64,000 nucleotides of DNA from positions 62,001 to 126,000 of the IMG/VR virus record IMGVR_UViG_3300035698_007246. The stretch is one strand, 5' to 3'. Positions within the stretch are counted from its first letter, which is position 1. The number at the start of each line of letters is the position of its first letter. Below, in pieces: positions 1 to 9,619 of this stretch. The notes below the pieces were generated by a model that did not search any database, was not told where the DNA came from, and saw nothing but the letters and a program-made list of their open reading frames with translations. Position numbers and translations under genes: made by a program.

Positions 1-127
1 TACATAATGATGGGTGGGTGTTAATTGGAGTTATTATTTCCGCGATTCATATAGTAACATTTGGAGTTTTAATTGTCTTCTTAATTATATGTGTTGTAAA
101 ATGGTATACAAAATTATAAAATAACTA

Positions 128-160
128 TTGACGTCACTTGTGTCATTAATTATATTGATG
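128..160 (+). promoter_or_regulatory. early promoter repeat copy
   Basis: TTGACG...TATATT, same context as other copies. Confidence 0.6.
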
Positions 161-196
161 TATAAATTAATTAAACGTTTTCAAAGGAATTTAAAT

Positions 197-643
197 ATGA
201 AACAAAGAATTTATTTTATTAGTGGTCATCGAAAATTTAACGGTGACGATATTACAGGTGAAAAGTTTTTGGAACACTATCAAGAACAACTTGATAAGGC
301 ATTAGAGAATCCTAATGCAAGGTTTGTTGTTGGAGACTGTAGCGGGATTGACTCATTTGCTCAATACTACTTAAAGTCTGCTGGTGCAGAGAATGTTGTT
401 GTGTTCCACATGGGTGAAGACCCACGTAACAATGTTGGCTTTCCAACTATTAGTGGATTTAAAACTGATGAGAGCAGAGACAGTGCAATGACGGATGTTT
501 CTGATGAAGACATCCTTTGGGTTGCTCCGAGTGCAGAAAATTCTGGTACAGACCAGAATCGTGTTCGTAGATTAAATCCTGCTAATACTTACATGCAGAA
601 ATGTGTTAGACGCAATCATGAGATTGTTGTTGCAGGTCGATAG
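197..643 (+). CDS. SLOG-superfamily nucleotide-binding protein
   Basis: FISGHR, VVGDCSGID, RDxAM and SGT motifs; start moved to ATG 197 behind AAGGA. Confidence 0.6.
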   Translation: MKQRIYFISGHRKFNGDDITGEKFLEHYQEQLDKALENPNARFVVGDCSGIDSFAQYYLKSAGAENVVVFHMGEDPRNNVGFPTISGFKTDESRDSAMTDVSDEDILWVAPSAENSGTDQNRVRRLNPANTYMQKCVRRNHEIVVAGR

Positions 644-816
644 GTCGATAATGAATAAATCAAATATAATTAGATTGTTAATAGCGTTCGTGTTATTTAT
701 TTTAATGATAACAATTGAGATTGATATCATTCAAGTTATATGTTTCTTCGGTGTGATATTTTTAAATGTCGAACCCTTATGGTATGGGTTAGTTCAAATA
801 TTTAAAAGGAAGTAAC

Positions 817-993
817 ATGGCAAGACGTAAGTGTGGTATTGAAAGTTGTGATGAGTTAGCAGAGTTCATAGATGATATGGATAACTATGTCTGTGAAGAC
901 CACATGGAACAATCCATTGAGGAAGATGGAAAGGAAGCAGGGGATTTCGATTCGTTGTCTTCATTACCAGAGGAGTTTAGATATGAAATTTAA
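817..993 (+). CDS. small acidic Cys-containing protein (58 aa, below ORF-track cutoff)
   Basis: AAGGAAG RBS then ATG; MARRKCGIESC...VCEDH. Confidence 0.55.
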   Translation: MARRKCGIESCDELAEFIDDMDNYVCEDHMEQSIEEDGKEAGDFDSLSSLPEEFRYEI

Positions 994-1417
994 ATCAAAT
1001 GTTGATTGGGGAGATTATGATTTGTGTAATGGGTATGCAAATCATAATATAACAACTGATGTTCATGGTAGTAAAGAAACTGCGTTCGCTATTTGTAAAA
1101 TGCTAAAGCGTGATGGTTTTGGTGGTCAGAAGGAACACTTCCCTAAGAAAGTATGGGTGAGTTGTATCTGTGATAAAGCAGAGGTGCGTGAGATTGTTGA
1201 GTATCAAAAACAATATGGTCTTGGGTATGCCGACGAATATAAACAAGTTAGTGATTGGTTAGAATCATTTGGTGATGAGTTTGAGTATGATTTTTTCTTA
1301 TGTAAAGTTGGTGAGATGAGGTCTTGTAAACTGGCATGTAGTGTTGGTAGATTCATTAATCCATTCTTACTTAGGATGAAGAAATATAGAAAAGGAAAAG
1401 ACTGGAAGGTCATTTAA
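983..1417 (+). CDS. hypothetical protein
   Basis: GAGGAG RBS before ATG 983. Confidence 0.65.
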   Translation: MKFKSNVDWGDYDLCNGYANHNITTDVHGSKETAFAICKMLKRDGFGGQKEHFPKKVWVSCICDKAEVREIVEYQKQYGLGYADEYKQVSDWLESFGDEFEYDFFLCKVGEMRSCKLACSVGRFINPFLLRMKKYRKGKDWKVI

Positions 1418-1439
1418 ATTTAACAAAGGAGTAAAAGTT

Positions 1440-2168
1440 ATGGTCAACTTATTAGTTGGGGTTATTGTAGTAATCTTGTTGTATGTATTCAGAAAACAAA
1501 TACAAGCTATGTTCATTACAGGACAGAAGTTTGTGGATGCCCGCACTGATACATCAGTGAAAATTGAACAAGCAATCCGTATGCTTGCAAAGAAAAAAGA
1601 TAGTCTTATGACGACACATAAGTCAGTCAATGTTCAGATTGGGAAGTTAAAGATTCAGTGTTATAAGGAAATGGATACTGCAATGCAGACTGGTGGATTT
1701 AAAGTTGTTGCAATAGAAGACTGTACAAGTCCTCACCATGCAAATGAATTTATTGTTAAAGGTCGGGAATATGTTGTAGAGAAATTTTCTAAAGACGATA
1801 TGAAATATTATTCCTTTAAAGGATTTAAAACAAACTTTAGTATTAATATATTCGATATCGTAACTGAAAGCAAACATTTGAAACGCCAGAAGAGTTTGGT
1901 GAATCTTGTTAGTAAATACGAAAAACGATGTGGTGATGTTGTTTCAACAGTTAAAAAAATCAAAGGCCAGATTAGTTCACTTGAAGCTGATAAAGCATAC
2001 GTGACAACTATCGAAAGTCTTATTGATATTGAACAGTGGGATGATAAGTTTACTTCTGAATTTGATAGTATTACTGCTGAGATTGAAGCTGTTGAAAAAC
2101 AGCTTAACCTGGAGGAAGAACTTAACGGAACAATAACTCCTGACGTTGAAGATACAAAAACAGAATAG
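1440..2168 (+). CDS. N-terminal TM + coiled-coil protein
   Basis: hydrophobic N-terminus, heptad-rich C-terminus, AAGGAG RBS. Confidence 0.7.
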   Translation: MVNLLVGVIVVILLYVFRKQIQAMFITGQKFVDARTDTSVKIEQAIRMLAKKKDSLMTTHKSVNVQIGKLKIQCYKEMDTAMQTGGFKVVAIEDCTSPHHANEFIVKGREYVVEKFSKDDMKYYSFKGFKTNFSINIFDIVTESKHLKRQKSLVNLVSKYEKRCGDVVSTVKKIKGQISSLEADKAYVTTIESLIDIEQWDDKFTSEFDSITAEIEAVEKQLNLEEELNGTITPDVEDTKTE

Positions 2169-2177
2169 GATACCTAC

Positions 2178-2840
2178 ATGATAGCGATATGGATAACTGT
2201 TGGTATTGCAATCGTGTTGATGATATGGATTGGTATGTCTGAAAGAACTTCCAATCCTTCTCTTAAATCAATATCGAATTGTTCTATAGGGGAGTCGTTA
2301 CGATATTTAAATAACAAGACTGAAAAGTTTAAGGCTCGTGATGGTGAGTTGAGTGAGAATATCAGGTTGTTAAGGAAACAAGCACACAAAGAAATATCAT
2401 TAGCAAGTGAATTAAATGATACTCTGTCATGTGTAGTTGGTGAACACATCATTGACGGTTGTATTGTAAAACAGGGTGGACATTATTATAGTCATGGTGA
2501 TGATATAAACTATTATATTCGTTATAACAATAGCGACCATGATGTTTTTAATAATGTTGAATTTACAACTGATTGTCCTCATGCCAAACGATTCAATAGA
2601 CTTAAGGATGTCATTAACAAGTATAAAAAGGAATCACATTCTATAGATGAAGTTCAACAGAAGATATCTCGTTCATTGAAAATATTGAAGAATGAACAAT
2701 CATATAAAGACACATTAGAACAAATTAAAGAGTTCAGTGGTCGTGATAAAGAAAGTATCAAAGATTTTAACATTGATAGTGTTGTTGTAGAAATCAATGC
2801 ACTTGAAAAACAAATAGACTTGGAACTTGAAATAGCATGA
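2178..2840 (+). CDS. N-terminal TM + coiled-coil protein, likely paralog of 1440..2168
   Basis: C-terminal EINALEKQIDLELE vs EIEAVEKQLNLEEE. Confidence 0.7.
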   Translation: MIAIWITVGIAIVLMIWIGMSERTSNPSLKSISNCSIGESLRYLNNKTEKFKARDGELSENIRLLRKQAHKEISLASELNDTLSCVVGEHIIDGCIVKQGGHYYSHGDDINYYIRYNNSDHDVFNNVEFTTDCPHAKRFNRLKDVINKYKKESHSIDEVQQKISRSLKILKNEQSYKDTLEQIKEFSGRDKESIKDFNIDSVVVEINALEKQIDLELEIA

Positions 2841-3421
2841 AGATAGAAACATGTGAAATGTTTAGTGATGTATTGATTATTAATAAGAAGGTTCATAAGG
2901 ATAGCCGTGGTTTCTTTACAGAGAACTTCAAGCAGGATGAATTCGATAAGAAATTCTTTTTAAATACCAAGAGGTTTGTGCAGGATAATGTTTCATACAA
3001 TCCTAATGTATATACATTACGGGGATTGCATTTCCAGTATCCTCGATGGCAGGGGAAGTATGTAACAGTTGTGAATGGTGAAGCAAATGTTGTAGTGGTT
3101 GACCTTCGTGTTGATTCTAATACATTTGGTCAATGGAATAGATATGATTTAAACATAGAGAAATCTTTGTATGTGCCTGAAGGGTTTGCACATGGGTTCC
3201 TTACTATGACTGATGAAACATATTATTTCTATAAGAACACAAGATACTATTGTCAAAATGATTGCCATATATTATATTGGGATGACCCAGATTTAAATAT
3301 CAATTGGGGGATCGGTAAAAGTTTATTACATAATGGTGCAACTATAAGTGAAGCAGATGCTGGTGGAAAATCATTTAAAGATATGAAGGATATTGTATGC
3401 ACCGAGCCAAGTCATTCTTAA
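2837..3421 (+). CDS. rmlC: dTDP-4-dehydrorhamnose 3,5-epimerase
   Basis: DSRGFFTE, FVQDNVS, LRGLHFQ, VVVDLR, YVPEGFAHGF, WDDPDLNINW. Confidence 0.95.
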   Translation: MKIETCEMFSDVLIINKKVHKDSRGFFTENFKQDEFDKKFFLNTKRFVQDNVSYNPNVYTLRGLHFQYPRWQGKYVTVVNGEANVVVVDLRVDSNTFGQWNRYDLNIEKSLYVPEGFAHGFLTMTDETYYFYKNTRYYCQNDCHILYWDDPDLNINWGIGKSLLHNGATISEADAGGKSFKDMKDIVCTEPSHS

Positions 3422-3624
3422 GGAAACGAATAACTTCTATCAATGGGATATTGGATTACATTGAAGCTAAGTCTTCAGTGGTCAATGAGATTAAGATGTT
3501 CTTTGGTAATGAATTGATGTCGAAGTCTACATCTATCTTATCAGATGAAAATGTCAAGAAGGTCAGAGCCTTTATGATTGACATCTTGAAAGATGAACGT
3601 AAGAAGTTTGAGGAGCGATTATGA
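3397..3624 (+). CDS. hypothetical protein
   Basis: AAGGA RBS, overlap-coupled. Confidence 0.55.
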   Translation: MHRAKSFLRKRITSINGILDYIEAKSSVVNEIKMFFGNELMSKSTSILSDENVKKVRAFMIDILKDERKKFEERL

Positions 3625-3878
3625 TTAAGAATTTAATAGTTTGTTTGGTAATGTTCTTTTGTTCGTGTCATTGCTTTGGTGATAAGAAGAAAGAAATCCC
3701 AACACTTGAACAACAATTTAGAAATAATTTTTCCATGACGTTACCACCCGGTTGTGTTATTGTAGAACAACTTGATGATAGGTGGTATGTTTACAAATGG
3801 AGAGGTATGTATTATAAAATCGGTGGACATTGGAGACAAGGATTTTTAGTTGAACTTTCAAACTATAAGGAGAACTGA
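3621..3878 (+). CDS. putative secreted/lipoprotein-like protein
   Basis: signal-like N-terminus with Cys; ATGA coupling. Confidence 0.55.
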   Translation: MIKNLIVCLVMFFCSCHCFGDKKKEIPTLEQQFRNNFSMTLPPGCVIVEQLDDRWYVYKWRGMYYKIGGHWRQGFLVELSNYKEN

Positions 3879-4678
3879 TGGGACATAAAGGAATAATTTT
3901 GGCTGGTGGTACTGGGAGCCGATTACATCCAATAACGTTAGCAGTTAATAAACATTTGTTGCCTATCTATGATAAGCCTATGGTGTATTATCCATTGACA
4001 ACATTAATTAATGCAGGGATACGAGATATACTTCTTATCTCTACAAAGACTGACTTGACTTTGTTCCATACCTTATTAGGTGATGGTTCTAAGTTTGGTG
4101 TGAAGATTACATATGCAATGCAGGATGTGCCGAATGGTATCAGTGAAGCATTCATTATTGGTCGAGACTTCATTGGTAAAGACAGTGTGACTCTTATCTT
4201 AGGGGACAATGTTTTTTGGGGCAATGAATTCAAAGAAGGATTAGAACAGAGCATTAAGTTTGCATTGGTAAAGAGAGCAACCATATTTGGTTATAAAGTT
4301 AAAGACCCGAAGAGATATGGTGTGATGTCTTTCAATTCTAATGGTGACTTGATTGCCGTGGATGAAAAGCCTGACAAACCTAAATCAAACTACGCTGTGA
4401 TTGGAATGTATACATATCCTAATAACGTTATCGAGTATGTCAAGGATGTTAAACCATCCTATCGTGGCGAAGGTAAACTTGATGAGTTAGAAATCACTAC
4501 GTTGAATCAAATCTATTTGGACAAAGGTGAATTGGTTAACCGTCTTATTGGTGGAGGAAATCTATGGGCTGATACAGGAACTCATGAATCATTACTACAA
4601 GCAAGCCAAGCTGTAGCAATGCTTCAAGATAGATTGGGTGTTCCAGTTGGTTGCCCGGATTGTCACTTGAAAGGATAA
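3878..4678 (+). CDS. rmlA: glucose-1-phosphate thymidylyltransferase
   Basis: KGIILAGGTGSRLHPIT, KHLLPIYDKPMVYYPL, LILGDN, EKP, ELEIT, WADTGT. Confidence 0.95.
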   Translation: MGHKGIILAGGTGSRLHPITLAVNKHLLPIYDKPMVYYPLTTLINAGIRDILLISTKTDLTLFHTLLGDGSKFGVKITYAMQDVPNGISEAFIIGRDFIGKDSVTLILGDNVFWGNEFKEGLEQSIKFALVKRATIFGYKVKDPKRYGVMSFNSNGDLIAVDEKPDKPKSNYAVIGMYTYPNNVIEYVKDVKPSYRGEGKLDELEITTLNQIYLDKGELVNRLIGGGNLWADTGTHESLLQASQAVAMLQDRLGVPVGCPDCHLKG

Positions 4679-4681
4679 AGA

Positions 4682-5893
4682 ATGTCTAAAAGATTTGAAT
4701 TAAGTATAAGTGTCGATTATGTTCAAACGTGGAGAGTGTGGGAAGCTGTAAGGGAATTGTGGCAGAATGCTTTGGACTTTGGAGAACATAATTGGACATG
4801 GGAATCTTTAGAGTTGAAAGGTAAGTCTAATGTTTTAAGAATCATTAGTAAAAATGTTCAACTTGAAAAGAAATCATTATTACTTGGTACATCGACTAAG
4901 AGGGATGATAGTAAAAATATCGGTAAATGGGGTGAAGGTTATAAATTAGCTGCTCTTGTTCTTACACGAATGGGAAAGCAAGTCAAGATATACAACAACA
5001 AAGCATGTGAGATGTGGACACCAAAGATAATTAAATCAAGACGTTATAATTCTGATTTACTTGTTGTTGATGTTACTTCACATGTACCAGATGATTTATG
5101 TAATAACGATTTAGTATTTGAGATTACCGGGTTAACAAAAGCAGAGTGGGATGAAGTCATGGAAAAGAATCTGAACATCACACCTCTGAAAAAACATACG
5201 AGTACATCTTTTGGAGAGATTCTATTTGATAAGAAGTTTGTTGGTAAAGTATTTGTTGGCGGGTTGTTTGTATGTGATGTACCTGTAAAGGGTTATCGTT
5301 ATGGTTATAATATCAAACCTCAACATATAGAACTTGACAGAGATAGACAATCTGTTCGAGGGTTTAATTTTCAATGGATGACTTCTCAGATGTGGGAAGA
5401 GGTGGTGCGAACTACCAATCAAAGAAATTCATTGGTGTTTCAATTGATTGATGGTAATGCCCCTGATGTTTTATATTTTAATAATTTTAGTGGAAAAAAT
5501 TCTTCTGATATTATAAGTAATATATTTTTAAACAAACATGGAACTAAAAGTGTAGCTGTGTCAAGTGATGATGATTTGAAACAAGCTAAACGTATGTATG
5601 GAGATTCAGTTATTCCGGTGGTTGTTAGTGAGAATCAAAGAGATATTTTAAAAAAGTCTGAAGTTTATCAGGATAATATAAAATCCATTGAAGTGATTAG
5701 TGTTAGCAGGAAATCACCAAGGGGTATAGTTTCTGAAATATATAATAAACTTTATGAGATACGACCACATGCTACTGAATTATCATCAGGTGGTTTACTA
5801 TATGATGAAGGTAACGTTGAAGAATATAAAAAAGAGGTTGCTCGTGCTTTTAATAAGTTAATAGCAATCTCCGGGGAGTGGAGATGGGATTAA
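4682..5893 (+). CDS. GHKL (HATPase_c-like) ATPase domain protein
   Basis: RELWQNALD, LLLGTSTK, IGKWGEGYKLA Bergerat-fold motifs. Confidence 0.8.
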   Translation: MSKRFELSISVDYVQTWRVWEAVRELWQNALDFGEHNWTWESLELKGKSNVLRIISKNVQLEKKSLLLGTSTKRDDSKNIGKWGEGYKLAALVLTRMGKQVKIYNNKACEMWTPKIIKSRRYNSDLLVVDVTSHVPDDLCNNDLVFEITGLTKAEWDEVMEKNLNITPLKKHTSTSFGEILFDKKFVGKVFVGGLFVCDVPVKGYRYGYNIKPQHIELDRDRQSVRGFNFQWMTSQMWEEVVRTTNQRNSLVFQLIDGNAPDVLYFNNFSGKNSSDIISNIFLNKHGTKSVAVSSDDDLKQAKRMYGDSVIPVVVSENQRDILKKSEVYQDNIKSIEVISVSRKSPRGIVSEIYNKLYEIRPHATELSSGGLLYDEGNVEEYKKEVARAFNKLIAISGEWRWD

Positions 5894-7152
5894 GAATAAA
5901 AAAGAAGGAAGAGTTAGAAAGAGATTTTGGTTCTGATTGGCGTGAAAGAGTGTTATGCTTGTGGACTCCGGGGATGGATGAGTTGTTTGGTCGGGTGTTG
6001 AGTGATAAACAAGAGGAAGAGGTTGAAGAGTTTTCCCCTGAGTATGATTCAATTAACATTGATGGATTCAATATCAGTACTGATATGATTACTGAAGATG
6101 AAGATGATGATGATGAAGAGGTCGTTGAAAAGGATTCATCTACTGATGACGATGAATCTGATGAAGAAGAATCTGATGAAGAAGAATATTGTGATTGTGC
6201 ACCATCATTAACAGCAGAAGAGATTGACATGCGTGTGCGTGATGTTGCTGAAGGAATCGAAAAGAAGTTTGTTGGTCGAGTAGACGAATATCTTGAGACG
6301 ATGTTTAAAGATTACGAAGACCAATATGTTGGTCAGATTGATAGAAGGGTAGAAAGTGCAATGCGAGACTATGTGAACCGACAAAAGAATCCTTGTGCTG
6401 GGATAGGGAATCTTTTACAAGGAGATATTGACGATTTAAAACATAGGCTATTAAAATTTGCTTCACACAGAAACTATGTTATGAGTGAAATAAATGATAT
6501 GATTGTTGAGTATGGATATGAGCCTGAATTAAATCATTTATGTGCTGAGTATTATGGTGTGTCTGATTATAAATCTAAATCATTAGACTCTCGCATTGCG
6601 TCAGTCATATTTGAGATGAGGGAAAAATCACTCAGAGAACAACAAGATGATGAAGAATTTTTTAATGTTATAAAAGGAGAAGACAAAATGACTGAAGGAA
6701 AAGCAACAACTGTGGATACGGCTCTACAGTTCGGGAAGAAGATTTGGAAAAAGAATGCTGCACTCAATATTTCTGCTGCAAAAAATGCTGCGAAACGTAA
6801 AGTTGGACAAATTGTCAACAATAAACTTGTTGATATGATTTTAAAGAATGTTCCCATGCCCCGATGGATTGCAGTTATAGGGGGGAAGAAAATATTAAGA
6901 CCACTTGTTAAATTGCTTGTGTCCAACAGTGGCGTTGTATCTATGGGGTTCCTTGAATTACAAGGATATAAATCAAGTAAAGCTGAATTTGTTTCAGAAG
7001 CAATGATGCTTGACGGATACGACAGTTTAGCTGACCTCATTAATACAGAAAATATTTCAGCTATTGTTGATAAAATAATAGACGCTGTTCCAGATACGTT
7101 ATTAACGGATGCGGGTTTTAATAAATCTAAATCTAAATCTGAAGATGAGTAG
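5878..7152 (+). CDS. hypothetical protein with D/E-rich tract; possible internal start at 6688
   Basis: 424-aa ORF; AAGGAG before in-frame ATG 6688. Confidence 0.7.
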   Translation: MEMGLRIKKKEELERDFGSDWRERVLCLWTPGMDELFGRVLSDKQEEEVEEFSPEYDSINIDGFNISTDMITEDEDDDDEEVVEKDSSTDDDESDEEESDEEEYCDCAPSLTAEEIDMRVRDVAEGIEKKFVGRVDEYLETMFKDYEDQYVGQIDRRVESAMRDYVNRQKNPCAGIGNLLQGDIDDLKHRLLKFASHRNYVMSEINDMIVEYGYEPELNHLCAEYYGVSDYKSKSLDSRIASVIFEMREKSLREQQDDEEFFNVIKGEDKMTEGKATTVDTALQFGKKIWKKNAALNISAAKNAAKRKVGQIVNNKLVDMILKNVPMPRWIAVIGGKKILRPLVKLLVSNSGVVSMGFLELQGYKSSKAEFVSEAMMLDGYDSLADLINTENISAIVDKIIDAVPDTLLTDAGFNKSKSKSEDE

Positions 7153-7199
7153 TCAATATTGAATTGATATTTTTAAATTCATAATAGGGAATTCTAACA

Positions 7200-7242
7200 A
7201 GATGAATATTGTTTTCTTTACAATATTCATCTTTTATTTTAT
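7200..7242 (+). terminator. intrinsic terminator
   Basis: GATGAATATTGT/ACAATATTCATC stem then T-run. Confidence 0.65.
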
Positions 7243-7275
7243 TTAATAATTTGGTTAATTCAGTCGAGGTGATAT

Positions 7276-7458
7276 ATGTTTGAAACTATTTTAAGAGTTA
7301 TGGCAATTCTATTATGCTTGTTAGTTATTTGTAACTGGGATAGTATCTGGGGATACCCACGTGATGAAGTCATTGATGGGCATACCTATAAACATTTAGG
7401 GGCATACCAATCGGTACACAGTCCTGATTGTAAACATCCTAAATGTGTGGGGGAATAA
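7276..7458 (+). CDS. small membrane/secreted protein
   Basis: GAGGTG RBS, hydrophobic N-terminus, HSPDCKHPKC end. Confidence 0.6.
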   Translation: MFETILRVMAILLCLLVICNWDSIWGYPRDEVIDGHTYKHLGAYQSVHSPDCKHPKCVGE

Positions 7459-7801
7459 TATGGGAGGTGAACCACGTAGTGTTAATATTAATCCTTTTAC
7501 TAAAGATGTATTGACAAACGAAGAACAGTATCTATTTGATTCTATCAAAGCTGCTCGTAATGTGCAAGAGTTTCTTTGGGGAGACTTCAATAAGGAATGG
7601 AGTATTGATGAGTGGCGGTTGATGTTCAAGAAACGAATGAAGAAGATTGACGACATCGACCCAAACAAACCACATGCCAAGATTGAATTAAAGAAAAGAA
7701 TATTACAGAATGCCGCGTTATCAATTGCGTTGTTGAATATAATTGACAATGGATTGCCTGAGCAATGTGATGTTGAATCTAATCTTAAGGAGTATGAATA
7801 A
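7445..7801 (+). CDS. hypothetical phage protein
   Basis: ORF in operon context. Confidence 0.65.
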   Translation: MWGNNMGGEPRSVNINPFTKDVLTNEEQYLFDSIKAARNVQEFLWGDFNKEWSIDEWRLMFKKRMKKIDDIDPNKPHAKIELKKRILQNAALSIALLNIIDNGLPEQCDVESNLKEYE

Positions 7802-8364
7802 TGGCAAGTGCACCACAAACAATATACTTTAAATTAAAGTACGATACGATAAACCATTCATTCTTTGATGCTATACAATCGTTACCCACATTAATGTCAA
7901 AATCAATTGACCAATTCTTTATATCAAAGTATCACGAGGATTATATAATCAATAGAGAGGACGCAGAGTTGTGTGATGTTAGTGAGTTTAAAGTTATACA
8001 ACCAATAGTATCTGACACACCATCCCCTTTTGTATTGTATGGTGATTACTTAGAAGTTCGTATGTATGTAGGGAATATGATTACAGATAGGTCAAGTACT
8101 CTTTTAAGAAAGACTACATCATTTTTAAATTCATTGTTTCCAATTTCGGAAGACAATAGATACGAAACCACAATACAAACATGCTTCGAAATTAAACCTG
8201 ATAAATTAATAAACAGTAAGATTAAACTTTATGATGATAGTGGTGTATTTAATATGAGTATTAAGAATACTGGTAAGAAATCTTATATCACATTAAACAA
8301 TTATTCTGCATGGAACTTCATTGCATTATATAATATATTTAAAAAACTGGAGATGAAATCATAA
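7801..8364 (+). CDS. hypothetical protein
   Basis: TAATG coupling, AAGGAG RBS. Confidence 0.65.
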   Translation: MASAPQTIYFKLKYDTINHSFFDAIQSLPTLMSKSIDQFFISKYHEDYIINREDAELCDVSEFKVIQPIVSDTPSPFVLYGDYLEVRMYVGNMITDRSSTLLRKTTSFLNSLFPISEDNRYETTIQTCFEIKPDKLINSKIKLYDDSGVFNMSIKNTGKKSYITLNNYSAWNFIALYNIFKKLEMKS

Positions 8365-8483
8365 TGGTGAATAACTTTTTAATTGAACATAAAAAGTTAA
8401 TTGAATTCCTTGGTATCCATAAAGATGTAGACGGGTTTGAAGTAAAATTTGGTGCGATTGTTTATTCAAATTAAAAATAAACC

Positions 8484-8525
8484 TTGACATCTCTTTGACC
8501 GTAACATATATTTAAAGCGTATTTA
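8484..8525 (+). promoter_or_regulatory. early promoter repeat
   Basis: TTGACA-17-TATATT. Confidence 0.75.
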
Positions 8526-8547
8526 AAACTTTTTAAAGGAGTTATGT

Positions 8548-9108
8548 ATGAATAAATTACCTAAGTGGGTTGTCCCAACAGTTATTACTGGAGTTGTTGT
8601 TCTTGTATTAATCATTATGCTTATGAATACGGTTGGTACTCGGAACACGGCAAACCTTTTAATCAATCAGTTTGAAGCACAGAAGAAAGCGATTGAATTA
8701 AATTTTGACCGTGTGTGGAAAACAATTAAACAAAAAGCTCGAATCAGTGAGAAGTATTCAAATGATTTTAAAGAAATCTATATAGGTGGAATGAAAGAAC
8801 GCTATAGTTCTGGTGCAGGTAAAATGATGTTGTGGATAAAGGAACATAATTCCACTCTATCAGTTGAACTGTATAAAGATTTAGGTCAGACCATTGAATC
8901 AAATCGTTTGAGCTTTGAACGTGAACAGAAGAAAGCTGTGAGCATTGCACAACAATATAGAAATATGAATACAACCGTTCCAACTAAATGGTATCTCTTT
9001 GGAATGCCGGACAAGTTGGAACAGAAACTTATAACCAGTACCAAGTCAAAGAATGCTGTGGAAACTGGTGTGGATAATGGTGTGGATTTGTTTGGGAAAG
9101 AAAACTAA
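8548..9108 (+). CDS. membrane-anchored helical protein, possibly LemA-like
   Basis: N-terminal TM then helical domain. Confidence 0.5.
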   Translation: MNKLPKWVVPTVITGVVVLVLIIMLMNTVGTRNTANLLINQFEAQKKAIELNFDRVWKTIKQKARISEKYSNDFKEIYIGGMKERYSSGAGKMMLWIKEHNSTLSVELYKDLGQTIESNRLSFEREQKKAVSIAQQYRNMNTTVPTKWYLFGMPDKLEQKLITSTKSKNAVETGVDNGVDLFGKEN

Positions 9109-9484
9109 TATGTTAAAGAAAGTCAAGAAAGCACAAGAAGGATGGCAGCAGTCTATTAGAACACAATTGGCTAAGACAAGAACTTTAATAAATCAAAACA
9201 ATATTCTTGAAGATGAACAATTTGAAGAGCTTGAAAAAGAATTCATGAAGTTTCAAGAATTAAGACAACGGTTATATTCTATTGAGTTATTGCTTTGGGC
9301 AGATGATATTATTAGAGTTGGTGATAAGGTAGTACCTAAAAATAAGAATAGAATCTTAAGGTCAGAGTGTTTTGTATATGACTATGCTGTGGTTGAATCA
9401 TTAGAACCATTTGTACTGGTGTCTGAACATGAATACATGACTTGGAGCTGTTCATTTAAAGTAGAAGACGTTAAGAAAATATAA
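9053..9484 (+). CDS. hypothetical protein (true start probably MLKKVK)
   Basis: ORF in operon. Confidence 0.55.
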   Translation: MLWKLVWIMVWICLGKKTNMLKKVKKAQEGWQQSIRTQLAKTRTLINQNNILEDEQFEELEKEFMKFQELRQRLYSIELLLWADDIIRVGDKVVPKNKNRILRSECFVYDYAVVESLEPFVLVSEHEYMTWSCSFKVEDVKKI

Positions 9485-9556
9485 TCTCTTTATATAATGT
9501 TGGTGGTGAAAAGAGGAGGAGCTTTCAAAGTTTCTCCTCTTTTTTTAATTTAGGGG

Positions 9557-9614
9557 TTGACATCTCTTCGGGCGTAACATATCTTTATTACGTATTAAAT
9601 TTTTCAAAGGAGGA
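9557..9614 (+). promoter_or_regulatory. early promoter repeat preceded by terminator hairpin (9512-9546)
   Basis: TTGACA-17-TATCTTTATTACGTATTAAA...AAAGGAGG. Confidence 0.8.
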
Positions 9615-9619
9615 CTAAT

